A stretch of DNA of 64,000 nucleotides. Origin: Tubiluchus corallicola. Lineage: Eukaryota; Animalia; Priapulida. The stretch spans positions 417,530-481,529 of the forward strand of contig JAQGDQ010000155.1 in the NCBI GenBank assembly GCA_030141605.1, written 5' to 3'. The stretch's first letter is position 1, and each line of letters begins with the position of its first letter. Positions 1-58,952 of this stretch are shown piece by piece. The translations under genes and the position numbers were made by a program. Under the pieces are notes generated by a model. That model saw only the letters and a list, made by a program, of their open reading frames with translations. It searched no databases and had not been told where the DNA came from.

Positions 1-241
1 ACATTACTTTCTATAGAAGTTTTTGTTTCGTTTAACGACGTTTCGCTTAACGTCGTGTTTTGCTGGAATGCATTTGCGTCGTTAAGCGAGGACTTTTTGT
101 TATCTTAATTAAAATGTGATAGACATACTGTGTAGCGCTTGTTTACAAATTTCTATCCGAATCCGTTATATAGTATAGAAAACTTATTTTCGTTTTTTAT
201 TTTCTGAGATGAAATTGAGATACGGTGCACTTACAATGTGT

Positions 242-862
242 TTAAAGGAAGACAGGATGATTTTTCATATACTACCAGAGCTTCAGGTCGGAAAAAAGTA
301 TACATTTCAATACAATTAATACTGCAAAAGCGTTTCTGATAATTAAATAATAGATTAAAAACGTAATTAACGGCGGGCGAGCCCAACCCATCAACTATTG
401 GTGACATCACAAACTAACATAATTTTCAACAACAAAAGTATTCGACGAGCGTGTTTCACGTGTTTGTGAAAGCAAAAATTGAAGTACAGTGAAATTACAG
501 TGAGATATTCAGTGTGTTGTATTAAAACCAGACATGTTTAAAGATAAATATTTAAATTTCAAATTTACCGCTATGCTCACATATGAGCTGTCGAACGTGT
601 GTAGTTCGTCACAAACAAACACATCTGAACTGAGAGGTAAAGCACCAGTTTTTTGTGCAATGCGTTTCCGAAATACAGGCGCTGGTGCCCATGTAACTAG
701 CGAATGGCGAAATGCATGTAACATCGAAGAACTAGTGGCGTGAACGTGAAATTGTATTAATAATTCTTTCGCGGAAATCATTTTAAAAAAATATTATGTT
801 TTCTTTCAATATTTTAATGAGTAGATTGCTTTGACCTACAGTTTAAGATTGAATCCGGTTAA
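242..862 (+). mobile_element. Kolobok-like MITE family A, partial copy
   Basis: Colinear with 33899-34460; accounts for spurious ORFs 509-781 and 534-743. Confidence 0.75.
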
Positions 863-895
863 GACTGCCCTGATTTGTTTGTTCGTATCATATAG

Positions 896-1540
896 AAAAA
901 TGTTCAGTCCGATTTTGCTTTAATGAAATCAAGCTTTTCTCACGTAGATGGGAAGCATTTCTTGGTTGACACTGTGGCATTTCAAAATACCAAAGACTCA
1001 GAAGTTGTTAAAGAACTGGTGGGCGACAACATAGGCGAATTATACATGAAGCTCAACCGGTACGGTTTTAAAAAGCTTGGCAAGGCGCAGTGGCTGGATA
1101 ACAAAGTGGAATTTTGCCATCCGGATTTCCAGAGAGATTGCAAAGAGAGGCTGCCCAATGTTGTCCCCGTCGGAATCACGAAAAACACCTCAATTTCTAC
1201 AGAACCTTTGCTAACAAAACAAGAACAATCGACCGTCCCTACTATAATGGTACTACCCGCTAATCCTAACAGTGATCCTCCCAATTTATCGCTAGATGGC
1301 GCAAAGCAACTTTATAAGGAAAAGGACAAAAGTCAAACACATCCTAAAAGATGTGTGACACAGTACAAAAGAGGAACAGACGACAGTGCTAACAAAAACA
1401 CCACAAAAGTTCCACTTCCAGAAAAGAAAAATCGCCAGGAAGAAAAATTCGTGATCAGCGCCATCTGTATGGCAAAAAAGAAAGCACCACTTCAGCGAAA
1501 GATGGACATGACGAGCAAAGAATGTGCTAACGCGAGAAAG
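896..1540 (+). CDS. Exon of a divergent HSF-type DNA-binding-domain protein (HSF5/HSFY-like in architecture); 5' exons probably upstream of the window
   Basis: ORF 923-1639 contains DGKHFLVD...LNRYGFKK...EFCHPDFQRDCKERLPNV, matching the HSF winged-helix pattern G..F...D / LN.YGF.K / EF.HP.F.R....L..I. In-frame acceptor catatag| at 895 and donor AAG|gtgtgt at 1540; 645 nt, phase 0 to 0. Confidence 0.75.
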
Positions 1541-2725
1541 GTGTGTTATTTTTTTAAAATTTTAGGTATAAGAAAAAAGCGAAGCAGAGAAACTCCTCCC
1601 ACTCACCCCCATTGTTGGAGTGAAACTGTAGAATTTTAGTTCATTTAGTTTTTATATTATAAGAGTTTACTAAAATTAATGAAGAAATTCGCTGGAGGCC
1701 CCACCTGTTACAGTTTTTACCTACTTGTGGACTCTAGGGAAAACTCACCAGAGGACCCAAATTTATAGACCAGTGTGGGTCTATGCTTATTGTACAGTGT
1801 GCCCATATAGTTTTGAAATACTCGCTCTACACTTGAAACAAGGCTATACGCTGAGCCATAAATTAGTTTCAGTGGGCCACCAGATACCCAAAGGCCGTAG
1901 ACCCATGACCTACTATGACTATTGGTAAATCTGTCCATGACATTTTCATATTCAATTCGTTGTTTCCAATTTTTATAAATTCATTGGTCTTGATAAAATG
2001 ACACATTTACGAATAAAACAAAGATCATACACGGAATCGTGGATGTTATTTTTTGTTTTTATTCTCTAATGAACAGAGATTTTAAACTTCACAGCCGGAA
2101 CTTCTAAATATCTGATAATTAGAGGATAAAAATGTGAATTAACATCCACTTTTAATTGCGCTTATCATCTTAATGAGCAAATTTAATGCTCAAAATGCAC
2201 TTCTGATTATGCCTAGGTTTGACAATGAATGAATCTATAAATAAAATAAAAAAACGGTTATTTTTGATAACAACAAGGTAACTCTCTATTGCTTACATGT
2301 CACTGTTTTTAACGATATTAATAAGGACTCTTTATTAAATATTTTCACTCACCAGGATACTAAGCTAGTCATTAATTTCGTGTCTGATTGTTTCAATTTA
2401 TTTTAATTGAGCATATTATTATACTCAATTATTAGTTAATTGAGTATCGTTCTTGTTGGACTAATTTCCTCTTTGTTAAGTTCTCACCCTGTATAATTGT
2501 AATTATTAGTCAATATATCTAATCTAATCTAATCAATGAAGTCTAGCAAACATCTTCAGAGCACCTTGAGAAGCCAGCTGGAAACACACATTAACTTATA
2601 CACCAAAGAACCCTACTGTCCTAGCAATAGACCCTAGGTTACAGCCCAAAATTAAAAAAATAAATTAAATATCTTTAATTTTGGGTAATTATACTGAGAT
2701 CACTTTGAGTCTATTAATAGAACAT

Positions 2726-3293
2726 TAGCGTTTATTAGTTTTTTTTTTGAAAAACTGTAGAATACATCTCTGACTAGCTTGTGAATGTGCTCTGACGATG
2801 ATGCAAGGGTACATTATCAAGGCATCTAGAACAAAGAATTTTAGCAGAATTTAGAAACAACATCGAAATACAATTCAGTAGTTAGATAGCTAAAAGACAT
2901 ATGATATAACATTATATAGATAATATAACAATTTACCTTACAGATTACATATCTTGATTGATATGAAACTGTGCTACACTACACAAACAAACATGTTAGT
3001 AATAACAGAATTGCCAATATTAGGGCCTACCATTTTGTTGCTCTATATTATATATCATATATCTTTTGACTATCTAACTACTGAATTGTATTTCGATGTT
3101 GTTTCTAAATTGTGATAAAATTCTTTGTTTTTGATGCCTTGACAATGAACAGTTTGTTTGAAACCAATAAATTTCATTTTGATGTATCTCTGTATTGCTT
3201 ACTTTTTGATGTACCTTTGCATCATCGTCAGAGCACTTTCACAAGCTAGCCAGAGATGTATTCTACATTTTTTTAAAAAACTAATAAACGCTA
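2726..3293. mobile_element. Nested foldback elements with hammerhead motifs (outer arms 2726-2814 / 3210-3293; inner arms about 2812-2920 / 3043-3148)
   Basis: Arms are reverse complements of each other; the inner element is homologous to 21092-21490. Confidence 0.8.
3195..3237 (-). ncRNA. Decayed minimal hammerhead motif (G12 mutated to A)
   Basis: Minus strand reads gugcu CUGACGA u GAUG caaaggua CAUC AAAA ag UA agca; stems I and II are intact, and CGAAA to CAAAA fits CpG decay. Confidence 0.45.
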
Positions 3294-3332
3294 CTTTAAG
3301 ACAAAAAATTAGTTTTTAGGATTTTCTTGCAG

Positions 3333-3596
3333 TACCTGACTTCAGAAAAAGAGCTAGACATCGAGCGAATGAAGCTGCCAACTGAAAACAAGAACAAGCA
3401 GAAGCCACCAATAAACATCTCTTCTGGCTGGGTGGAAAGAAAAACAGAGGATGCAGGTTGTGACGAAACTGCTGCTCCGGAAGCTGTTCCAAACAGGACG
3501 TGGCTAAGAAATACCATGACGAATTCCCTGAAAAATCTTGCTTCTAATTCCACACCAGTACAGACACTGGAGAAAGGTTGGAATATATGGAAGTAA
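3333..3596 (+). CDS. Probable last coding exon of the HSF-domain gene
   Basis: ttttcttgcag| acceptor in phase 0, compatible with the donor at 1540. Open for 87 codons to TAA, with K/E/T/N-rich composition like the preceding exon. AATAAA at 3702-3707. Confidence 0.6.
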   Translation, partial: YLTSEKELDIERMKLPTENKNKQKPPINISSGWVERKTEDAGCDETAAPEAVPNRTWLRNTMTNSLKNLASNSTPVQTLEKGWNIWK

Positions 3597-3701
3597 ATAT
3601 ATGGAGTAAATGAGACATAGTTTTATGGAGCTACAAAATAACAAACGTAAAAGATAATTTAGTTTACGTTACATAGAAACACAACATAAATTATTTTCAA
3701 T

Positions 3702-3707
3702 AATAAA
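3702..3707 (+). promoter_or_regulatory. Candidate polyadenylation signal of the HSF-domain gene
   Basis: AATAAA about 105 nt after the stop codon; the hexamer is common in AT-rich DNA. Confidence 0.4.
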
Positions 3708-3925
3708 AAGTTTGCAAATTAGTTGCTATTGAAATTATGGACTATTTAACAATTAGCTCTAGAAGATCTAAGTAGATCTAGAAGTTCAAAAACCGTTGGC
3801 AGTGAAAACTAAGAAAATTAATAGTCTAACGAACAGCAATTTAACTCATTGAAATAAGAAATCGTTATATGTATTTGGATATAGGTATGTAGCTATATGT
3901 ATATGGACTTATCTGAAAAATGTGA

Positions 3926-3941
3926 AGCGAGAGAGAGAGAA

Positions 3942-4009
<68 letters not shown>

Positions 4010-4014
4010 AAGAA

Positions 4015-4060
<46 letters not shown>
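3926..4060. repeat. (GA)n microsatellite
   Basis: Directly visible. Confidence 0.95.
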
Positions 4061-4063
<3 letters not shown>

Positions 4064-4145
4064 TAAGTGAAACGCAAAGCGAGAGAAAGAGAGCTGAAGG
4101 AGGGACAGAAACAGAGTGAATAACTTTTTATTTGAGCATATGCAC

Positions 4146-4179
<34 letters not shown>

Positions 4180-4189
4180 GTGACGTGTG

Positions 4190-4452
4190 GGTAAAGCAAA
4201 GCCCAGTTCAGTAACTTCAGTTGTTTTAAGTGGACTTTAACTCAATTATGCATTAGTATGTGTGTGTAGAGTGATTTCCTGGCAGGATCTTGCTTGGGAA
4301 CAAGAAAAAATGAAGTAAGTAAAGTTCTAGCTACCTGTTAAAACTGTTACTATTGGTGTTGTCAGTTGTTTTGTACAGAAGTGCATTGTCTCGTACACTT
4401 AACCTTTGGCCTTTTCACGATCATCAACAAACGCTGGAACTGTGAGAAAGCT
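4190..4452 (+). repeat. Dispersed repeat family H (second copy about 38038-38305)
   Basis: Shared blocks ggtaaagcaaa, ttcagtaact, ctgttaaaactgtta and tacacttaacctttg.ccttttcacgatca. Confidence 0.65.
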
Positions 4453-5189
4453 TTTTGTAAAGCAAGAAAAATAGTGTTATTTTGTAAGGTCGTGTACTAT
4501 AGTAACAACAAGAACATTAAGTACATGTGCAAAGTTAGGTCACGTGCTTGTTTTTTATTACAATAACTTAACAGGTAAAACCAACAAAATATCCTGCTAC
4601 CAATAATTTAAATTGCATTTCGTGTATTGATATACTAATTACAAACGAGTTAATCGCAGTGGTCATATATAAAAACCGATTTATTTCACTGTTTAGCCTG
4701 TAATAGCTATTAATTCTGTAAACCTTATAAATTAATGTTATGTTACAAAGCCTACTACGTGTATTAGCAATTTCAAATTGATTCACAATCAACAAAAAAC
4801 AATTGACAATCTCCAACTCATCATAGTGTGTGCACAACTGAAGCATACTACCAAATACTGATACACGAAAAAGTCAATACAAGATGCCCATGTAATGATC
4901 AGTGCTCAAAAGTTACACAATTGTGTTTATTATGTAAAACATAAATAAAACATTATAAAAGAGGAGCAAAAACAATACCCTGAAACATGCCTTAAATTCG
5001 TTAAGGGCCACGAAGGCTTGAAAAAATCCAAACAAAGGGATGTACTGGTGTTAATATAAAGTATAGAGGTACAATCTCCATTGGTCATTCTTGCCATTGT
5101 TCTTAATGTGGCAGTGACATAAATGACCAATTGCATATACAACCTCCTATAACATCTTATTTTTGACTATTAGTCCTACAAGCTTGAAA

Positions 5190-5866
5190 TAAGTTTTAGG
5201 CCTCATTGTATAGCTTTCCATACAACAACAACATGACATTGATTAGTTCGAACTACTGGGCAAGTTTTAGGCCTCATTGTATAGTTTCCATACAACAACA
5301 TGACGTTGATTAGTTCGAACTACTGGGCAAGTTTTAGGCCTCATTGTATAGCTTTCCATACAACAACATGACGTTGATTAGTTCGAAATACAACAACATG
5401 ACGTTGATTAGTTCGAAATACAACAACATGACGTTGATTAGTTCGAACTACTGGGCAAGGTTTAGGCCTCATTGTATAGCTTTCCATACAACAACATGAC
5501 GTTGATTAGTTCGAACTACCGGGCAAGTTTTAGGCCTCATTGTATAGTTTTCCATACAACAACATGACGTTGATTAGTTCGAACTACTGGGCAAGTTTTA
5601 GGCCTCATTCTATAGCTTTCCATACAACAACATGACGTTGATTAGTTCGAACTACCGGGCAAGTTTTAGGCCTCATTGTATAGCTTTCCATACAACAACA
5701 TGACGTTGATTAGTTCGAACTACCGGGCAAGTTTTAGGCCTCATTCTATAGCTTTCCATACAACAACATGACGTTGACTAGTTCGAACTACTGGGCAAGT
5801 TTTAAGGCCTCATTCTGTAGCTTTCCATGCAACAGCATGATGTTGATTAGTTCGAACTACCAGGCA
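5190..5866. repeat. 68-bp minisatellite, about 9 units plus 30-bp sub-repeats
   Basis: Unit aagttttaggcctcattgtatagctttccatacaacaacatgacgttgattagttcgaactactgggc; period checked between 5593 and 5661. Confidence 0.95.
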
Positions 5867-7140
5867 ATGCATCGAACTAATGTAGTGCAACCTATTTTTT
5901 TCTATTTGAAGTATCTCATCAATAAAGCAGTTCTAATACTGGTTGACGATAAATTTGGTACAGCTAAACATTTTATTAATGTGCAGGCTATTTAAAAAGT
6001 AGGCCTAATCGTAAACTTTAACAAATGGGACTACTGGAAGGAAATTTGTGATGTTGCTTTCTTAATAATTTTTAACACTTTGGCAAAGATTTGAACTGAA
6101 ACAGACATTAGGTAAATCCAATTACGTGCTTTTGAATTTTGAAGGCAAAACAAAGTTGTACGTTATTAATGACGTAATAATTTCTATTCAATATTAAATT
6201 TATTTGTATCCCACTCTATCGAAAGCATACAGCATTAGCAAAGTACACACTAACAACAATTAGGCTATTATTATTAATTTAATAACACATTACAACATAA
6301 GTAATGTACTTTTAACAAATACATTGTAGTAATACAAAAGTAACAACGTTTTAAAAACTTGTAAATCTAGCACTGTAATCACTATCGAGTAAAACTAACT
6401 GGTGATTCAAAGACATTTAACAATGACAGTGAATTTAGATTTTTGACTGATGGTGAAAATTTCTACATGTTTGCAGATACGTAAAAAGAAGTCCCAAAGC
6501 AGTTGCGATTTAAAACAAGGAACATTTTCTTAAATTAGCACATAAATTTACACACAAGGTTATTCATAACTTCACACAATTTTCTTAACTTACACCAACA
6601 ATTTTATCAGAACTATATCGTTGCAAAATTAGATTTGAAATGCAATGTCAAATGAAATGCCCGAGTCGCCAGCTAGATTCACACGAGGAAAAATATTATA
6701 TCAAATAACGATGACACTTGGTAAGAACATAGTGTTTACATGAATCACAAACCTGATATCCACTTGATTGCAAGAGCCTCACATGGCAAAAAACTATAGG
6801 GTTGCCACTTTAAAAAACAATACTTCACATCATCAATATTGACAAGTTTCTTCATTACACAGTGTTAAGAAATTAAACGCATATTATTTAACCCTTTCAT
6901 GCGCCATTACATATTTGCTCCAGCGTTATGTTCAGGTATTTTCACCACCATGGCAAAATGCTGCAGTTGAGCATTTTTAAACAAAATATTTGCTTCTTTA
7001 CACCAAAAAGTCAAGTGGCTTCTATCATGAGTCTTTTACCAAGCTCTGTTTCAAAGACTGTTGAAAATCCGGCATCCAACCATATTGAACGTCTGCAATT
7101 AACATTTGATATCTCAATAGTTACTTGTAAAGCACTACCA

Positions 7141-7450
7141 GCACAAGAAAATTCTCTTAAATAAACTTAAAAAATTCGTCTTGAAGTTTTGTATCACATA
7201 TATGCTGTCTTATTACATACAGAGCTTGCGTTATCAGTAGCGCTGTATAAAACTTTTAAATTCAAACTCCCGGTATAAGTTCAAGTAACACTGCGTGAAT
7301 TTGAAAAAAAATAATCAGAGCATTCGTAGTATACTGCTCGCTAACTAAGCAAAAATTTAAATTACTTTGAATTGTCAAAAATATCAATAATATACTTTTG
7401 GTGAGTCACTGATGCACGCTGAGATGGCAATTCAGTACCATTTGTAGTTT
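7141..7450. mobile_element. Family B fragment
   Basis: aaaaaattcgtcttgaa...gctgtataaaac...cagagcattcgtag blocks shared with 29481-29840. Confidence 0.65.
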
Positions 7451-7913
7451 GAACCCTTTACAAAAACACGTGATGTAAGTGTGACGTCACGCAAATATTT
7501 AAGAGTCAGTTAGACACCCAATCCGGTGATCATTATCCTATATGTTACTCTTACTAGTTTTCTTTAATAAACCGCATTGTTAGTAGTTATACCGACATCA
7601 GGATGTACGATCTAAATAATAATAGCGTCACATTATTCTTTTGAATAATTTCTACCAAGAACAAAACAACGTGATTTCTTGTCCGCTTCGAATTGAAGGA
7701 TTTGACTAGATTTTTATCAAAATGCCACTAATGCAATTGCTAGCGAAAAGGACTACTAGATCTGGCCAATGGCAATCAATGTAAAATCTTACACTGTATG
7801 CGAACTAACACAACACAACCCAATAGACAATTTGCTGCAAAATAAGAAAACATTAGTATGAAGTCTTAAGTTTGTTCTTAGAAACTCACCATGATACAGC
7901 ATTGCATTCCACA

Positions 7914-54072
<46,159 letters not shown>

Positions 54073-54164
54073 CTGTAAGAAACAACAAGTCTTTTAACAA
54101 AAAAATTACCAGACCATAAAAACATTAAATATGCATGTTTATCAACAGACTTCTCAACTTCTGG

Positions 54165-54505
54165 GTACTCTGTAGGACTTATAACAATAGAAACCTGGTT
54201 GTCGTGAAACGAGTCCTAAAAAACTTTAAAAAACTAAAGAAACCCTGATATTTACTCTGTAGAAGACATAACAATAGAAATTTGGTTGTCATGGAACGAG
54301 TCATCAGAAAACTTTAAAAAGCAAAAGAAATGACTACTGATTACTCTGTAGAACTCAATCAAAAGAAATTTGGTAGTCGTGGAACGAGTCATCAGAAAAC
54401 TTGAAAAAGTTAAAGAAACCACTGCTGGTTACTCTGTAGAACTCAAACAATAGAAATTAGGTTGCCGTGGAACGAGTCCTAAGAAAACTTTAAAAAGCTA
54501 AAGAA
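54165..54505. repeat. Diverged minisatellite of about 88 bp, 4 units
   Basis: tactctgtag...gaacgagtc...aaaactttaaaaa recurs at 54166, 54253, 54342 and 54430. Confidence 0.85.
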
Positions 54506-56439
54506 TTCATAAGCTCAACAAAATCAATCCTAAGTCATCGAAATTTTGCTTAATGACATATCAAAACTGGATGTTTTAACATCGTGCTCAATTTCTATTC
54601 GAAATATGCATCCTGATGGAAGCCATTACTGCTTCTAAAACAACAATTTAAACATAGTACAGTACGGTAATACGAATAACATCACTATGATAGCCATCGT
54701 GAACCGTGTCTCTTTTAAGTTTCTGTATAACTTGTCTGGTGTCTCCAATATAAAAGTATATTTTGTCCCAATACTGCGATATCTATGCATGTACATATGC
54801 TGAGCAGTGTTATGGCATACATTATTGCCACGTGTGTGTTTTTTCATTCCTCTAGGACAGGTAACTGTCCTGACCTGGAGATATGTACATCATGATTGAT
54901 TTCACTGGTCATCTAAAAGAAGTTTATCTGATAGGATGTCAAGGTCACTGAGCAGTAGGCAAGTCTTGCATAAGTTTATCAGATAGAAGGTCAAGGTCAC
55001 TGAGCAGTAAACAAAGATAGTTTAGCGAAGAGCAAAACAAAAAACATCATAAGCTATTAGAATTGTATTGGAAACATATGAACGTTTCCATGTGAGATGC
55101 CAGGTGTGTCACAGGATCGTGACGTCATCTGATCGCGTGATCATTTCAATTAGCAGCGCTAAATTTAATTAGACAGGCATAACGAAAAAACGCTGCTGCG
55201 GAAAACCTGAACTGGAGAAATCTATGAAAACGAAGCCATCAGGTGTGCAACCTGATTAATACGCCATCAGACCACATAAACTTGGCTTCAGGGATTACAT
55301 TCTTTCTTATGAACCGCAGATGTTCACATGGATAAATTTCCGAAGAAAGCCCACACAGTGCACTATCTCGTAAATTAGTATTTATTATTCCGATGCGAGT
55401 GTTTAAACAGCGTAATAAGCATCTGATTCGGTGCGTGATTTGGCATCTGATTAAAGCTGATGGATGACGGCTGCGCCCTAGGCGTAAAAACAGCCTCCTG
55501 TTTTATCTGTAATTTAAGCTCAGATTGCATCAAGTGTTCAAAGAGAGCTGGTGCTTTGGTCAAACATCGAGTGCGCTTATCACGGTTGGGGGGTTAATTA
55601 TTTGTTATTGGCCAACAAAGTCATTGATTCCCTTACTGGATATTTGTTGCCATGCTCTTAAAATTGTTTGAAGATGCTACTCGTTGAGTGATATCACTCA
55701 AAAAAGCAATAAACGGCGAGAGTTTCAAATGACATACGAAAAATGAAAAGCTTGAGCGTAAGACGAGTTCAATTAAATGTTACTGAACAACTGAATTCGG
55801 TTTCAATTTCAAATTAAATTCCGTCTGAAATGCACTGAATGTCGTGGTTTTTCCAAACAATGGTGATTCAAACACAACAAAATTCTCGGCAACAATCCAC
55901 ATGAAAATAAAGAGGTAGCTAATCACAACAAGATTTGTTAGTTAAAGAAGTCAGAATGCCTATTAAGTCTCAAAAAAGTCTTTATTTAACTTTAAGTCAA
56001 CTTGATATAGGTAACATCTTTCAAGATCCTTATTACTTCAACTTAATATAGGTAACATCTTTCGAGAGCCTCATTACGTCAAGTTGACGTCACCTCGTGA
56101 AGTCCGTGAGGAACAAAAACTTCAGAGAAAAATAAATAATTTTTCAAGACTTAGTGAGTGACCATTTTGACTTCTTTTACGGTTGAGACCATGGCAAGTC
56201 TCAGAAGAGCACTATCTTATTTTCAACGTTTGCTAGCATTATAATTATTCCGTAATTAATTTTATGTAACCTGATCAAAGGGGTAGTGGCTTCCCAAAAT
56301 ATCGTTAATACTAATAAACCTTGTGATTATTTATTTATTTTTATTTCTTGATCTTCAAAGTGCAATACAGGAGTGACAAAGCAGTTAAAAGGTGAAATAA
56401 AATAATAAAGGACTACTACAAAAGCAGTAAAAATTAAAA

Positions 56440-56760
56440 TAAAGTAATGATAATAATATAAATAGAAGATTACGGTAAAAACACAAAGAACTAAAACAGT
56501 TGCTTACAAGTGTCTGTTAAAAAGTAAAAATTTGCTAGATTCAACATGACTTAGCCGTTTCTTACGTAATTTTCGGTTGTCAGCATTTACAGTTTGAGTA
56601 TCATTCACATATGGTGGTAGTTTATTCCATAAACTTATAACTCTGTTGCTGAACAAATGTTTAAAGCAATTAAGTGAGCTTTTTTAACTTGTAATTACTA
56701 CTTCTTTAACTACCTCTTTAATCACTACTCGGCAATTTTTGAAAAATCCAACGTTACGAT
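56440..56760 (-). mobile_element. CR1-like LINE 3' fragment
   Basis: Minus-strand FKHLFSNRVISLWNKLP, the typical CR1 F..RV...WN.LP motif. Confidence 0.6.
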
Positions 56761-56829
56761 TTTGAAGAAAAAGAAATTCCAAAAATGTCATCTGTTTTAA
56801 TGCAGATGTTTATGATGAATGAAAATGAG

Positions 56830-57094
56830 CGAAATGCTAAGAAATATAATTTTACATGGAAAGTTTTTTTGGGACCTAGTTTAACATTGTCTTTTCTTCC
56901 ACTGATTTACGTTGTGGGTATATGACGTCATATAATGACATGGTCGGAGCAGTATTGCGGGAGATTTAAAATAAAAACATACAAAAAATCCTTTCAATGC
57001 GAGTACGATATACGCATAAAATTGCAATAAAGTAATAATTTTTAACACGATTTTCTTGAAACCTACTTCAAGTACCCCTTTTCTTGTCCTTTAA
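56830..57094. mobile_element. Family B terminal fragment
   Basis: Colinear with 29900-30160; ends TTCTTGTCCTTTAA. Confidence 0.7.
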
Positions 57095-57423
57095 ACTACA
57101 TTTGGGATGCTTACATTTGCTAACCACGAACCACGTGTGATGACTTGGTAATGATTATTAATAAAACGCGTTTCAGGCAAAAATCAGGCTGAAGTTGTTT
57201 ACATAAGAACTTAACGTGTAAACAGTTATTGGCAAAAAGTGTGTTCAACTGTTCATGTGTTTATGAGTAGTGTTAGGAAATGTAAGTTGTTTATAAGATG
57301 TGTTCTACGGTGTTCAGGTCCACCCTGTAAACACCATTTACAACAAGCACAGTATTTTCCTTGGTTATTAGTGCATCATCCAAACTGGTTATTCCAGTAC
57401 CCGTTATCAAAAAGCTGATAATG

Positions 57424-57536
<113 letters not shown>

Positions 57537-57891
57537 AATATTAGAAACTGATGATGACGATGATGATGTAAGTAATAGACGATGACAATGTTGATAAGAA
57601 GAAGAAAATGACTGCATTATTTCCAGTCAGCATTTGCATTCATATGTTACGAAACATTAAAACGAGTCTCATACGCTTGTTGTCTGTCTTTCTAGTCCCT
57701 CTTGTCACTCTAAGTGATAATCGATGACAAATCCATAAGGAAGACATTAATAATTTGCTGCTGCTTCCTTGCCCTATTGGCTCTCGCGTAGAGGTGAACA
57801 AGCTTACAAGAGTCTGGAACTTTCCCTTGGGAAAAATAGTGAAACATTTTAACGTTTTAAATACGCAGAGACAATAGAGTAAAATCTTGTT

Positions 57892-57978
57892 ATAATAATA
57901 ATGATGATGATGATGATGATAATAATAACGACGACGACGACAATGATGATGGCGGTAATGTTGATGATGGTGATGATC

Positions 57979-58023
<45 letters not shown>
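57892..58023. repeat. (ATG)n-rich trinucleotide microsatellite
   Basis: Directly visible. Confidence 0.95.
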
Positions 58024-58320
58024 CAGATCTTTATTTTATACACGTACTTTTATATTCATTAATAATATAGCCCCTCTGTTAGCAGGAAAAGAATTCTACT
58101 TAAAATACACGGTTACATGTTTGCATATAGCAACTACAAAGCTAACGCAGTCTTAAATAACGTAATTTAAATAAAAAATATATAAAAAAATAAATAGTAA
58201 AAACTGCCTTTCCAATCTAACTTATAACGTCTTTAGTAATCAAATCTTTAACAACATTTACAAATGCATGACAAAATTTTTTGTCTCGATAGCAGAATGT
58301 ATCAGTTATATCAAAACTTA

Positions 58321-58952
58321 TATTCTCAGTTCTTGCAGTAGGTCTGTTCTTATGGCATAGCTGTTCTCAGTTCTTGTTGTAGGTCTGTCCTTATGGCATA
58401 GCTATTCTCAGCTCTTGCAGTAGGTCTATTCTTATGGCATAGCTATTCTCAGTTCTTGTTGTAGGTCTGTTCCTATGGCATAGCTGTTCTCAGTTCTTGT
58501 TGTAGGTCTGTCCTTATGGCATAGCTATTCTCAGCTCTTGCAGTAGGTCTGTTCTGGTGGCATAGCTATTCTCAGTTCTTGCAGTAGGTCTGTTCTTATG
58601 ACATAGCTATTCTCAGCTCTTGTAGTAGGTCTGTTCTTATGGCATAGCTATTCTCAATTCTTGTGGTAGGTCTGTTCCTATGGCATAGCTATTCTCAGCT
58701 CTTGCAGTAGGTCTGTCCTTATGGCATAGCTACTCTCAGTTCTTGTTGTAGGTCTGTTCTTATGGCATAGCTATTCTCAGTTCTTGTTGTAGGTCCGTTC
58801 TTATGGAATAGCTATGCTCAGTTCTTGCAGTAGGTCTGTTCCTATGGCATAGCTATTCTCAGTTCTTGTTGTAGGTCTGTTCTTATGGAATAGCTATGCT
58901 CAGTTCTTGCAGTAGGTCTGTTCCTATGGCACAGCTATTCTCAGTTCTTGTA
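58321..58952. repeat. 41-bp minisatellite, about 15 units
   Basis: Unit tattctcagttcttgcagtaggtctgttcttatggcatagc. Confidence 0.95.

Noticed and set aside
1541-1639. C-terminal 32 aa of ORF 923-1639 as coding
   Set aside because: Follows a good AAG|gtgtgt donor and begins with a T-rich intron-like tract; probably read-through into the intron, although retention cannot be excluded.
54165-54505. CTGATGA in the 88-bp repeat as tandem hammerheads
   Set aside because: Present in only two of four units, with no correctly placed GAAA after a stem II.
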